The translations under genes and the position numbers were made by a program. Below are positions 27,107 to 39,003 of a DNA stretch of 64,000 nucleotides, piece by piece (positions within the stretch are counted from its first letter, which is position 1; every line of letters begins with the position of its first letter). The notes under the pieces are model-generated. The model was not told the origin of the DNA, searched no databases, and worked only from the letters and a program-made list of their open reading frames with translations. Where the stretch lies: assembly GCA_030141605.1 (NCBI GenBank), contig JAQGDQ010000143.1:62001-126000 (forward strand), read 5' to 3'. The DNA comes from Tubiluchus corallicola (Eukaryota > Animalia > Priapulida).

Positions 27107-27235
27107 ACAGTCAAACTTTGTTATAATGCCTACTTTAATGCCCAAATTTTTGGCAAAACTATTTTCATTTTTGCATGGATAAGTATGCATTAATGTACCT
27201 CGGTTATAATGCCAAACTCGCATAATGCCAACTTT
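27107..27235. mobile_element. Tc1/mariner/pogo-type MITE end fragment
   Basis: TA-CAGTCAAACTTTGTTATAATGCC start with internal CTCGGTTATAATGCC repeats, resembling pogo/Tigger-like termini. Confidence 0.4.
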
Positions 27236-28902
27236 TTCTGGAGTGTCGGTATGGGTAGCATAAAGTGGTTTAATCGTGGGTTTTTTCTTTCTGTACGCAG
27301 TTTGACTTTTTGTTATAAAAAGCTCTAGAGGAGATTATTTTCAAAAAAAGAATCGGGGGGGGGGGGGGGGGTAATGTTAATGAGAAGTAGAATGTTACTT
27401 TTTGCGTGTATATACCTAACTTACATAAAATGCTCTTTTTACGCAGTTTATTATCTTAGTAATTTTAGTAAATGTTAGTCTACAGAATTCTGTTGCAGTA
27501 CTTCACTGCAGCTTTCTGGTGACTCACAGGTATCCTAACATATTAAACAAAGAAATGTAATAAAATAGTCATTTGTGGTATAAAATGTTGCACCATTGTA
27601 CGTAGATTTCGGGTGCAAGGCATCTGTCATGACCACCAAGCTATCCCTTCTGTTGGTGATTCGTTCACAAAGGAAAATTGTTTTGTGCATGAGCTTAAAA
27701 AATACTGATTTCTTTAGGAAAATTTCAACCATATTGGAGGATAAAAAGAATTTTTCAGAGATTCCCACGTCAAGAAGGGACTTTGTTCTCAAAAATGGTT
27801 TGACATAACCAGACGCAAATGGTTATTTGTTTGTGTGGTTATTTTCTGACATATTTTTACACCGATTAAATTGAATGATAGTATCTCTAAAACTCGTCGT
27901 CTGAAGTGCTAACTTACTATAGTAAATAACGTACTACACAACGTGGAAATTCGTGGTAGTGCTTTATTGCAATTTTCTGGTTAGTTTTGCAAACTACATA
28001 TTAAACTTGCTTTAGAAAAATTAAAGTAATAATAGAGATTAAAACACACCGATTTTATTAAAATATAAAGTATACTGGAGGATAAAAAATCATAAAAGTT
28101 ACATGTAGTTTCAGCTAGATCTACATCAGTGCATTCACATAGGATTGTTTTAGCACTTTTCTAATCCAGTGAGTGTCTTGTGTTTAGTACATGTGGAATA
28201 AGTTTACTGGAAAATTCAGTCACATAGATTTTGTACTATGGCATTTGCCACCAATGCTAAGTCTCAGTTATGTTTGATCTTGGCTTCTTCTCTGAACATA
28301 ATTTTTATATAGAAAAATTACACAATATTGTTTAAACACTTACTAGCACATGCAAAATAGTATGAACCAAAATGTACACTGTACTGTATCGTGTTTATTG
28401 CAATAGAATCTTGTTATTTTAAATACTTAGTAAATGTTACAGGGAAAGCAAAGGTAAAAGTTATACAGCAATATTTTCAGTCTTGGCACAGTGCAAACAT
28501 CCGTAGTTTTATAATTACAGTGACTGGTGTAAGCAATTTTTAATTCATTATTAATCTACTGAACAAAACACAGGAATCCATTTTAAAGCAAAGTTTTTTC
28601 TTTCTGACTTTTTCATTAATAATTCATAAAAACGTAATACATTCCCTTTTATTAGAAAAAAATTATAACAAATGATAAGAATGGCTATAGTCTGTACACA
28701 AGATCAAATTTCTATTAGAATAAGTCGTTAACGTTTGGTAAGTGCACGTCATGTATATACTAAGGGCCAAGAAATTGATGATAACATTATTACAGGAATA
28801 CACCATCATGATTTAACAAGTGTTTATTCTCAACATCGAACAGTGATGTATCAATAAAAAATGTTTTCTCAAAAGTAAAAACACGAAGTGACTACCATTT
28901 TC

Positions 28903-30357
28903 TTATGAAACCGTTTCTGGACTTGTGCTTAGGGCCGAGGCATTTACTTCTGTTTCGACTTGGAAGTCTATACTGGCATCTGGATTGCTTTTTGTTGATC
29001 GATTGATTGGAGGCAGCATGGAAACATCGAGAAGATCACCTTTGTATACTTGACCATCTATTCCAATTAAATCAACTCTGTTACTTGTGGTGGAATAAAC
29101 CGGGCTTGCACTCCTTTGTGTAGATCTTCCTAATCGGCCAGTCAGGTGTTGTGTTTGCTGACCGCCAGCCTGTCTTTCTCTTGAGGGGTATGATCTGATG
29201 GGACTAATTCCCGATCCTTGCCCATTGAGACATTGTGCATTGTCGCTAGATGCATGCAACCCAAAGACACTGCATTTGCAAGATGGACATGTCCCTTTAG
29301 GCATTTCGCTTAGCGTCTGTTCTAAACGAATTGTATCCTTCGATATTTGTCCAGATCTTAGACATTGTCGTATTTGCTCTAACTCGTAAGTGGTGTAAGG
29401 ACGCAGTGATGGTACAACTCGCAAAGCATCAAAAGACAGAAGAGGAAGTTCTTCATTTTTCGTATACACTTTTTTGTCACATGAAATACACTTAAGTAAC
29501 TGCTTTTTAGTACCTGCTGCGTGATCTCCATCAACATCCTCATGAATGATCTGAGGGGCCACTTTCTTTTTTGGTTTTGGTGGACCTTTCTCTATATATT
29601 CTCTCAGTGGTTTAATGTCATCTTCACTTATCTTGCTGCCAAGTTTTTCTATTAAATTATTTAAAGCTAGTTCCCATTCTTTTTCATGTTCTAAAAGCTT
29701 GTTCAGTACATCGTCAGTACTTTGGCTTAGCTCACTAATATGCTGTTCAGCCCATGCTCTACTAACCTTTTGATCAAGCTGATGCTTATCAGCCTTCACT
29801 TTGATTTCATTTTTTAGAAGTTCCTTGTCGGCTTTTGTTTCTTGAAGCTTCAACATGTACTCATACATGCTGTCTACTGTTGCTTGTTTAGTCTGCTGTT
29901 CTTGCAACTGTGTTTCAAATTTTGCATTTATATTACAGATTTCAGTTTGTAGTTTACTTATTAGTTCCTTTGTTTCACTAATAACTGCTGTTTCTGAAGC
30001 ATTATCTTTCGTTCGTTCAGTTGACTTAATTTTGTCGATTGTAAACTGGAGCTTACGCTCTAGCTTCTCCAATCTCTGCTGAAACTGATCAATGAGCTTG
30101 TTTGTTTTTTCAACACTACTTTTAGTCTGCACGCTTTCTCTTGAAGAAGTTGGTTTTGGTCCTATACGATCTTCCTCTGATGGTGTTTTGTCCACATCAT
30201 TTGTGATGCTGGTGTCTGATCTTCGTTTGTTTTCATTTCCCTGATCTTCTAAAATTTCTTTATCTGGTGTGCTACCATCAGTATGAAGATGACTTTTTAA
30301 TTGGTGAAGTTGTTCAAGAAGTTGCTTGGATGCCTGGTCCTCTAGTACATTAAGATT
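28903..30357 (-). CDS. C16orf96/QRICH2-like (DUF4795-type) coiled-coil protein, coding exon 2
   Basis: LQETKADKELLKNEIKVKADKHQLDQKVSR and DHAAGTKKQLLKCISCDKKV motifs; acceptor ttttatattttag at 30358, in frame with the 430-aa ORF. Confidence 0.82.
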   Translation of the reverse strand, partial: NLNVLEDQASKQLLEQLHQLKSHLHTDGSTPDKEILEDQGNENKRRSDTSITNDVDKTPSEEDRIGPKPTSSRESVQTKSSVEKTNKLIDQFQQRLEKLERKLQFTIDKIKSTERTKDNASETAVISETKELISKLQTEICNINAKFETQLQEQQTKQATVDSMYEYMLKLQETKADKELLKNEIKVKADKHQLDQKVSRAWAEQHISELSQSTDDVLNKLLEHEKEWELALNNLIEKLGSKISEDDIKPLREYIEKGPPKPKKKVAPQIIHEDVDGDHAAGTKKQLLKCISCDKKVYTKNEELPLLSFDALRVVPSLRPYTTYELEQIRQCLRSGQISKDTIRLEQTLSEMPKGTCPSCKCSVFGLHASSDNAQCLNGQGSGISPIRSYPSRERQAGGQQTQHLTGRLGRSTQRSASPVYSTTSNRVDLIGIDGQVYKGDLLDVSMLPPINRSTKSNPDASIDFQVETEVNASALSTSPETVS

Positions 30358-30731
30358 CTAAAATATAAAAACAAAACATTAGTTGCATTAACTGAGTTTT
30401 TTACTTTTATAAAAACTGAGATAACGCAATTAATGTACTGACATTTCTGTACAATTAAGAAAAACTGTAAATTATAATTGTACAGTATTAAACAAAACAA
30501 AACAGTCGCAAGGAATTGGGCATGCATGATGATTCTTTAATAACAAGAGCAGAAAGTAGTTAATAAGATAATTACAGCAAAATCGGCAGACTATTAACTA
30601 ACAAAGTAATTCCAATTCCAGGTTTTCCTAATAGTGACAAAAGCGATCAAACCATTATCATGATTTAAATTATTTAAATTAAATACACTTAAGTGCTAGT
30701 GATTCAATAAGTTTTATTATTCAATGTTTAC

Positions 30732-31964
30732 CATGACTCGCTCCAACACACTGATAACTCCATCAACTTTTGTTTTCATTTCATCTTGTTTACTTTCTAT
30801 CCTGTCCACACGAGTGGTAAATTGCTTAGAAAATTCCATTTGATCGAATTTTGCCTCATCAGTGTCTTTTCTCCCTGCTGTTTCTATTAACTTTTCTGTG
30901 GTCTGATCTTCTTTATCTTTTGTCTCATCAGTGGATTTTTTCTTCGAAGTTTTAATTCCGGTTTGTTGTATCTTCCGATCTTGTTCACCTAATCTTTCAT
31001 CAGTACCTGGTATTTGTTCTTTACCTTCCTCTACTCTGTCTTTGTCTTCAGTCGTGACAGGCAAGGATTGTTCATCTGCCAATTTATCAATGAGAGACTT
31101 TTTCTCTGTTTCTGAAAGTTTATCACTAGACATAATGAAATAATTTTTTATCATGTCTTTGATGATATCATTTGTCCTCGTCAGTGAAGCCAAACAGCTG
31201 TGAATTTCATGAAATTTTGTTTCATGTGCAACTGATGTTTCATTCAGGTCAGATATTGCCTTGTTTGCATCAGTCATCTTTTCCATCATCTCTTGCATAA
31301 GAGACATTAGCTTAGTTATTCCTGCCTCATTTGCAGCAACACGGTTCCGTGTGTGTAGTTGTTTCCAAAACTCCGGAATTGGTTTTTGCGTTGTCTCCAA
31401 ATCGTAACCGTAAGCACTTCTCCCAGAATCTAAACTGTGCACTTTTTTCACTCTATCAAATAATTCTTCGTTGCTTTCTGTGAATTCTGCCCACTCTTGT
31501 AGCTGGGTTTCTATCTGTGACACCTTGTACTCAAGTGTGGAAATTTTCTCTTTATCTCTCAGTTCTGTGGGTTTTCCATCTGTACTGCTCGTTCTTTTGG
31601 AGATGGACCCTGAAGAAGACAAAGCAGCTTTTTCAGAATCTGGTGCTGTGGGCTTTCTCTTATCTGCTACTTCCTTTCTTGCTGTTCTCATGTCAGCTGG
31701 AGCTGACAATGATGTATAAATAGTTTCAACATCCAATTTTGGCTGTAAAGAAGGGCTTGTCTTTGGTCTTTGTCTTGCAAGATCTTTGACTGACGTTTCG
31801 TCCTTAAACGCTGTGGTCACATTGTTCAGCTGCGTGGACTTCAGCATTGTAAAAAGCAAAACCTTCAGTGCATAGAAGTTAACAACAGGCAGATCAGCAG
31901 CAGCCCCTATTGCCACATCAAGTAGCTGTTGTAACGTCAGTGTTCTCTCTACTTCAGTTGCCAT
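30732..31964 (-). CDS. C16orf96/QRICH2-like protein, coding exon 1 (joined protein ~895 aa)
   Basis: N-terminus LTLQQLLDVAIG...VVNFYALKVLLFTML resembles the C16orf96 start; donor ATG|gtaaac, phase 0. Confidence 0.8.
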
Positions 31965-32382
31965 TTTAGTTCCTGGTGTCCTATTAATGTTTTATCCTGC
32001 GATCTAAAATCGTAATATACATAAATTTAAATATTCATTGTAAATAATCAAATACCTGTAATCAAAATGTCGTCAACCATCAAACATTACATTTACATAA
32101 AACAGTATTTTAACTTCAAATGCAGCATTTGAATAATTTTATAGAAGTTTGGTAGTCATTATTATGGTGGTTGAATTTGCCTTGGAAAGTTTTTTCGAAG
32201 TCACATATTTGTGCAATTATGCACTGCACACTTTAGAAATCTTATAAAAATTCTTGTTCTATTGATGCCAAAGCTGAAGCAAATTTCTAGTAATGTTCTG
32301 CAACGGCCCTACCAAGATTTTGTCCATTCTTTCCAGGCAGTTCCCTGCAACTTTTCCTGCAGTCTCCTCGATTTTTACGGTT

Positions 32383-32396
32383 GTTACCTAGGCAAC
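32383..32396. promoter_or_regulatory. RFX X-box candidate GTTACCTAGGCAAC
   Basis: Matches GTTRCCnnGGYAAC, ~420 bp upstream of the C16orf96-like ATG; a second weaker site GTCGCTTAGCAAC at 32593-32605. Confidence 0.55.
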
Positions 32397-32436
32397 GTCA
32401 CGTAAAGTGTTAAACGAATTACATGTAATTTAGGTG

Positions 32437-32444
32437 TGACGTCA
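32437..32444. promoter_or_regulatory. Palindromic CRE (TGACGTCA)
   Basis: Exact consensus, 40 bp from the X-box. Confidence 0.45.
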
Positions 32445-32894
32445 CTAAATTCAGCATTAGTGACATTTGGCATAAATTGTATTTATTGCGAAACTTTAAT
32501 ATGTAATACGTTTCTTCTTACAACAGATGCCCGTAACAGTTAATCAAATCTCTACAAAGATATTGTGGAGCTTGCTTATAAGTTTAAATTTTGTCGCTTA
32601 GCAACACATTGCAAATAGAAATTTATCATTTATCTATGGGGTACGGGTAACTGGGTGTGGCTACACAAAAATTGTTGATTTATTGTGTTTCAGGATTGTT
32701 CTAGGATTAATCAACGTAAATACAGGTTAAATAAATAAGGTAATTAGTTGAAAATATAAACATAATACACCAAAATATGTACACAAATAGGACATTACAT
32801 CAAAATTAAGGCTTATTCTGAAATCAATATGATAACAATACAGGTAAAATAAATGAAGTTAGTTAGTAATATAAGTACAATATATAATTCACCG

Positions 32895-32895
<1 letters not shown>

Positions 32896-32983
<88 letters not shown>
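32896..32983. repeat. (AT)n microsatellite
   Basis: Directly visible. Confidence 0.95.
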
Positions 32984-33581
32984 GATAATATTATGATATA
33001 TATTACTGTATATGTAGCCCTCCTAAAGCACCTCTTAAAGTTAGTACTACAGGACAATAGTCACTCAAGTTAGAATCCAAGTGTTTATTACTATATTTAT
33101 GAACTTTATTTTCTAAACTTTAAAAAACCTTTGTTAACCACGAAATACCCAATAATATTATAGACGTGTTCAGTGCGTTATCATTACAATGTGTATAAAC
33201 AATTACAGCATGCAGTAGTAACAATTAAACAAGTTCCATCTCACTAGAAACTCTCAAATATTTTTACATGAGTAGTATTTCGATTAAAATAGCATTACAG
33301 TTGCTGCCAATTATAATTATTAATTCTACTGTAGAATTTACACTAAAAATCTACCTGTAGAGTAATAGTATCATACACAGAAAAGGCTGCACAGAATTAA
33401 TGCAGCATACGTTTCTACTATATGACCTTTTTTACGTAGAATATATCGTAGGACAAGAGGAGATTTGGTGCATGGATTCTGACGTAGCCTTTCTACGGTA
33501 GCTTCTACCACCAAAGTTGCGTTAATTTATCGCAGAATTTCCTGTGCTGCTCTTTAAGTAATGCAAGCCATAAGACAATAG

Positions 33582-34188
33582 TGTAACGCGGCTAGGGGTT
33601 CACGTAACAGAAAGGTGTGCAGATGATGGTACTTTGCACCAATGGCTTGGGTTCATCTGACTGTTAAGCCCAAGACACACTGACATTATAGCAGGAAAAC
33701 TGACATTGGAGAAATGTTGGCTTTGATAGACAATTTTGAATTATTTATTTAATTGCTTTATTATGGTTCAGGGCTTATAATTAGCAGCTCTTGAGATAAC
33801 AAAGCTTGTTAGCAACTCTTTTGGTAGCAGAGTTTGTTATCAAGCCTTCTGGTAGCAGACTTGTCAGCAGCGAATGTGTCTTGCTTTTGGATCTGTCCTC
33901 CTTAAATACTACTCTGGACAGATGACATGACCCACCTACACACTGCTGATTGGTTATTGTCTTGTTAACACGGGCGGATCACGTGCATAGATCTTAATAG
34001 GCAATATACTGAATCACGCGCTCAGGTCTGCAGGCTCTTGGTTGGATGTTGGTGTAGTTGTTTTCACATCCGGGTCCTTCTCATGAAAACTTCTCGTGTT
34101 TACATCGCCGGTTAAGTAAAGTGTAATTATTGTCATCAATTAGTTTAATTTGATGTTTTTATTATAGGCACTGCATAACTATGCCACA
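33582..34188 (-). repeat. 3' LTR (607 bp)
   Basis: TGTAACGCGGCTAGGGG...CTATGCCACA, homologous to 40391-41016. Confidence 0.95.
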
Positions 34189-34201
34189 TTCCCCCCTTCT
34201 T
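34189..34201 (-). other. Polypurine tract
   Basis: AAGAAGGGGGGAA on the minus strand immediately before the 3' LTR. Confidence 0.9.
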
Positions 34202-34475
34202 AAACATATCATCTGTCCTCAGATGATGTTTACTCATTGTTCTGAACAGTTTAAATTATTAGGATAGTCAGTTTTAACTCTGCTGTTACTCTGTTTATGG
34301 TATTTATCACATTAACAAATGCAGAACCAAAAGTTAACTTTTTTTGAAGATTTCTTGAAATTATATATATATATATATATAAATCTGGTTCAACCATCTT
34401 GGTCCAAACTAAAATTCTACATAAAACTAAAATACTGCTGTTTTCAAAACTAAAATTCTACATCTACTCTCTACT

Positions 34476-35266
34476 TTAGTTCAGCTCTAGCTCTTCACTA
34501 CTTTCTACAGTTAATAGTACTTCTGCTGGTAGGTCAATCCCACGATCAAAAACACATCCTTCCGTGTCTATTTTCACTGCTTCCTCTAACCTTTTGTTGT
34601 ACCTTCGTATTTCTTCTCTTTCCATCAGCACCTTCCTCTGTAAGTCCCCTATTTCCAACTCTTGACTTTCTGCAATCTCCTCTAGCTTCTGCACCTTATT
34701 CAATAGTCTTTCCTTCTGTTTCTTTTCCTCTTCTCTTTCTTTGCTAAGACGGCTTTCTCTTTTCCTCCAAAAACTCTCCAGATCCTTTTTCTGTCTTTCC
34801 AGCTGCCCATCTACTTTGCTCCTCTTTACTTCTTGCCAGTTTCCCGTTGCTGCAGTTCTTTCTCTTCCTGCCTTAGTTTGTCCTGTTCTTGCTTCATCTT
34901 TGCTTCTTTTCTCCATCATCACCTATTCTCTCCACCTCTGTCCCTCCTCAATCAAACTTCCTCTAAATTTTAGCCTTTCCTCTTCCTCCATCCTCTTCCT
35001 CTTCTTTTCTTGTTTTTCTTTTTCCAAAAGATTAATTTCTCGTTTCATTAGCTCAAGTCTTTCCATCTTAATATTTTCTATCTTTCATCTATCTTGATGT
35101 TTGCAGTTCTTAAATTTTCTCGGTCATTGGTTGGGATCTGTGGCCATCTTGCTGGAGTACTGTGGTGCCGATGACACACTGCAAAATGTCTTCTTATGGC
35201 TGCCTTATCTGTACTTTTCTATTGACATATAGAACATTTAAATGCCAGTTGTAAAGAGTCTGCCAT
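34476..35266 (-). pseudogene. Extra retrotransposon ORF: C2H2 zinc finger plus charged coiled coil (disrupted)
   Basis: MADSLQLAFKCSICQ*KSTDKAAIRRHFAVCH, then E/K/R-rich heptads; in-frame stops and one frameshift; preceded by GACTAAC...TTTTGTTTTTTTTAG. Confidence 0.7.
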
Positions 35267-35345
35267 GATTTTCTAAAAAAAACAAAATGTTAGTCATAAT
35301 GAACTAAGATAAGATAAGATAAGATAAGATAAGTGTCTAAATGTT

Positions 35346-38300
35346 TTAAAGGTTTAATTTTGCTGGTGGCTTTCTCATGCGTGTGCCTCTTCTGGGACGC
35401 ATTTCTGGCACACTTTCAGTTTCTTGCAAAACCTCTTCTTCTATGGTTTCCCTTTCTTCATGAAAGTTCTTTTGAAACTCATCTTTTGGCTCTTGACTTT
35501 GGTTTGATTCACAGGTCTCATCTACTTCGATGTCTGTTGAAGTTTCTGTATCTAACCAACTAGGTGGCATGATTTCTGCATAGTAGGGTTTCAAGTTGTC
35601 AATGTGGACTACTTTTGAACGATAAGTTGCCGCCTGTTGTATCTTGTACAAAGTATCTGTAAGCTTCTGAATAACCAAAAAGGGTCCAGTCCATCCTTGC
35701 CCAAGCTTCTTCCTAATGGCTGGAGGATGCCAATACCACACCCAATTTCCATTATCAAACTGTATTGGCTTCACCCTTTGATTATATACTTTCTCTGTCT
35801 CAGAGCAGCCTTCTGAAGATTTTCTCTTGCAAATTCAAGCATCATGCATAACACTGCGGATCCATTCCACAAATTCATGTGGACACCGAGTAGGCATTGT
35901 TGAATGAGGCGGAGGTCCAACCATTACTTCTATGGGAATATAATTCTCACATCCAAACATCATTAAATTTGCTGAACATCCTGTGGATGCATGGGTTGTT
36001 GCTCTGTATGCCATGGTCATAAATGGAAGGTGGTCATCCCAGTCATCTCAGTGCTCATTAACAAAGATGGCTAACATCTGTTGAAGAAAACGATTCATTC
36101 TTTCAACTAAACCATCTGATTGAGGCCTGTATGGGGTGGTTCTAGTTTTAGTGATATCCAGTGCTTGACAAACACCCCGAAAAAGTTTCGACTCAAAGTC
36201 GGGACCTTGATCTGTATGAATTTGTAGAGGTACCCCGTATCTACATATAAATTCTGTAACTAAAGTGTCAGCAACTGTATATGCTTCGTGGTTTGGCAAA
36301 GCATAGGCTTCCACCCATTTGGTAAAATAGTCACAAACCACCATTATTACCTTGTTTCCTCGTGGTGTTTCTTCAAGAGGTCCCGTGATGTCTATTGTAA
36401 TTTTTTCAAATGGCATACTGACTGACTCTTGTTGCAGATGACCCCTTTTAGGCCCTCGCCCTGGCTTCCTTCTGGCACAGGCAGGGCAGTACTTGCACCA
36501 TCTCAGGATATCGGCTTGATAGCCAGGCCAGTAGAAGCGCTGCTTCAGGCTAGCTATTGTTTTGCTCACTCCCTGATGTCCTCCTGTTCTGGGTTCATGT
36601 AGTCATTTGAAGACTTCATTCCTATATGTGTGGGGTATGATCAATTGATGAACAGGTGCTTTTGAAGTCAATGGTGTCACCCATTTCTTGCTCAACATCC
36701 CATCTTTCACTTCCAATAGGTCCCAAATGTGCCAGTATGTTATGAATTCCTTCCCTTCGCTAGCAACATCTCTGTAAGCTGGTCTTTCTGTTTGCTCTGT
36801 CTTCTTCTTTTTGAAGAAACGAATGGCTCTGTCTTCATCTTGCATCAGGCATGTAGAAGCATGGCCGAGGTTTGAGTTATCCAAATCACCTTCCATAGAT
36901 GCTTGCTCCTCAACTGGTTAACAGATTGCAAGGATACTTTCTGTCAGTCGCACATCGTTCCCCCCCCTTCTTGGGCTATGGTCAGTCTTCTGTCTTTTTG
37001 ATAACACTTTATGTCTTTCATCTTGACAATCATCTCTTGCACATTTGGCCACAGTTTCATTAATCAGACGTGACAACCCATCCGCATTCCCATGCTGACA
37101 TCCTTTCCGATGTTCAATTCCAAAATCATACGTATCTAGCACCGAGATCCATCGAGCAATCATGCCCTCTGAATTTTTGAAATTTATAAACCATGTAAGA
37201 GCAGCATGATCAGTCCTTATACGAAAATGTCGCCCCCATAAGTAATGATGGAAGTGTTTTGCGAATGTTACTACTGCCAGTAACTCTTTCTTGGTAGTAC
37301 AATAGCGTCTTAGAGAATTATTCAAGGTCTTGCTGGCAAATGCTATGGCTTTTTCTTCTCCACTTTGAATTTGGGATAACACTGATCCAATTCCCATATT
37401 TGAAGCGTCAGTGTCGAGCATGAATTTATCTGTTGTTGTGGGGTATGCTAATATTGGTGCTTTAGTTAGTTTTGCAATTGAGCTTCTAAATGCTTCCTCA
37501 CATTGATCATTCCAAAAGAACTTTGTCGCTTTTTTCGTTAATGCAGTCAGAGCTGATGCTAGGGTAGCAAACTGAGGTATGAATTTCCTATAATGTGAGG
37601 CAAATCCAAGGAAGCTGCACTCTTGGAACGTTTTAGTTTGAGGGTGGCTTCTCTGAGACGTTGGAGGACCAACTGTAAATTGGTTTCAGCTTCTTCAGAA
37701 TCTTTGCCGAAGACAATAATGTCATCAATATATACCAGACAATGAACCCACTTCAGACCTTCAAAAACGGTCTCCATTAACCTTTGAAATGTAGCTGGTG
37801 CATTGGATAAACCAAAAGCCATCACTTTAAATTGAAATAGGCCTTGCCTTGTGGTAAATGCTGTCTTTGCTTTATCATGTTCATCCATCTCAACTTGCCA
37901 ATAGCCACTAGCAAGATCTAGGGTTGAAAACCATTTTGAGCCTTTCAGGGTGTCAAATATATCTTGAATGTTTGGCAGGGCATATCCGTCTTTAATAGTG
38001 ACATCATTTAGCTGTCTGTAATCAACACAAAATCTGGTAGAGCCATCTTTCTTATTCACAAGAACTATAGGCGAAGCCCATGGACTACTTGAGTGTTCAA
38101 TCATATCTGCTTCCAACATCTTTTTGATTTCTGTAGCCGCTATTTTCTGTTTTTCTTCCTCCAATCTTCTGGGTGCTTGTTTTATAGGACGGGCCATTCC
38201 TGTGTTTATTACATGTTTTACTACATTTGTTCTTCCAAATCTATTATCTGGTCCCACAAAAACGTCAGAATAATCATTTATCAAAGCAATTAATTGATTT

Positions 38301-39003
38301 TTCTGGGTCTCAGATAATTCTGGAATAGAGTTTTCTAGTAGACACTCTAAATGCTCAGGGAGTAACTTGTAGGACTGGTTTCTAGTTGTATCTCCTATAG
38401 GCTTAGTTGGCAGTGGGACAGCCATTGCATATTCATCTTGCTTACTCTCCCCATTCGATTCTTCCTCATCTTTGAAACATATGATCGTACGTCCATCCAG
38501 CTTTAAAATTCCTTGCTTCATGCTCAGTTTACCATTTCTCTCTTCCATTATATCGAGACCAAGTATTCCCACTGGTACTCCAAGAGAAGCAACAAGTACT
38601 GTTGTTGACTTTGTAATTCCTCCAGTTTCCAGAAGAAAATCTGTTTCACCCAACTGATCCAGCATGTTTCCATTTGCTACTCTCAGAGGCTTCTCCACAG
38701 GTGTTAGTTCTGGTCTTTCACTTTCAGGCAGTTTGTAGTAAAAGTACAGATCCACAATGGTGGCACTTGACCCACTGTCCACTACAAGATTGACATCTTG
38801 CTCATCAATGTTTGCATTAATATGCCAGCTGAGTTTGTATTCAATTGGCTGTACTGTTATATCAAATTTAAAAGGCTCGTCCCCAAGGTCTGCGTCAGAA
38901 AGAGCGTTAATATCTTCCTCATCCAGAGCTTCTGCTAGTTTGTTTTGTCTGGTCACAGGGCTGGCCAGAGACAATGTACTGGCCCCGTACCCGGTCTCTT
39001 CTA
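35346..39003 (-). pseudogene. pol: Gypsy pol (protease, RT, RNase H, integrase), fragmented
   Basis: PR VVDSGSSAT; RT SPWASPIVLVNKKDGSTRFCVDYRQLN, LDLASGYWQV, YIDD; RH DTDASNMGIGSVL, TDHAAL, GNADGLSR; IN GHQG...CKYCPAC, IDITGPL, HTDQG, SDGLVERMN; C-terminal WTGPF. Confidence 0.95.

Noticed and set aside
34476-35266. env gene / endogenous retrovirus call
   Set aside because: No signal peptide, furin site plus fusion peptide, or transmembrane segment; reported instead as a zinc-finger accessory ORF.
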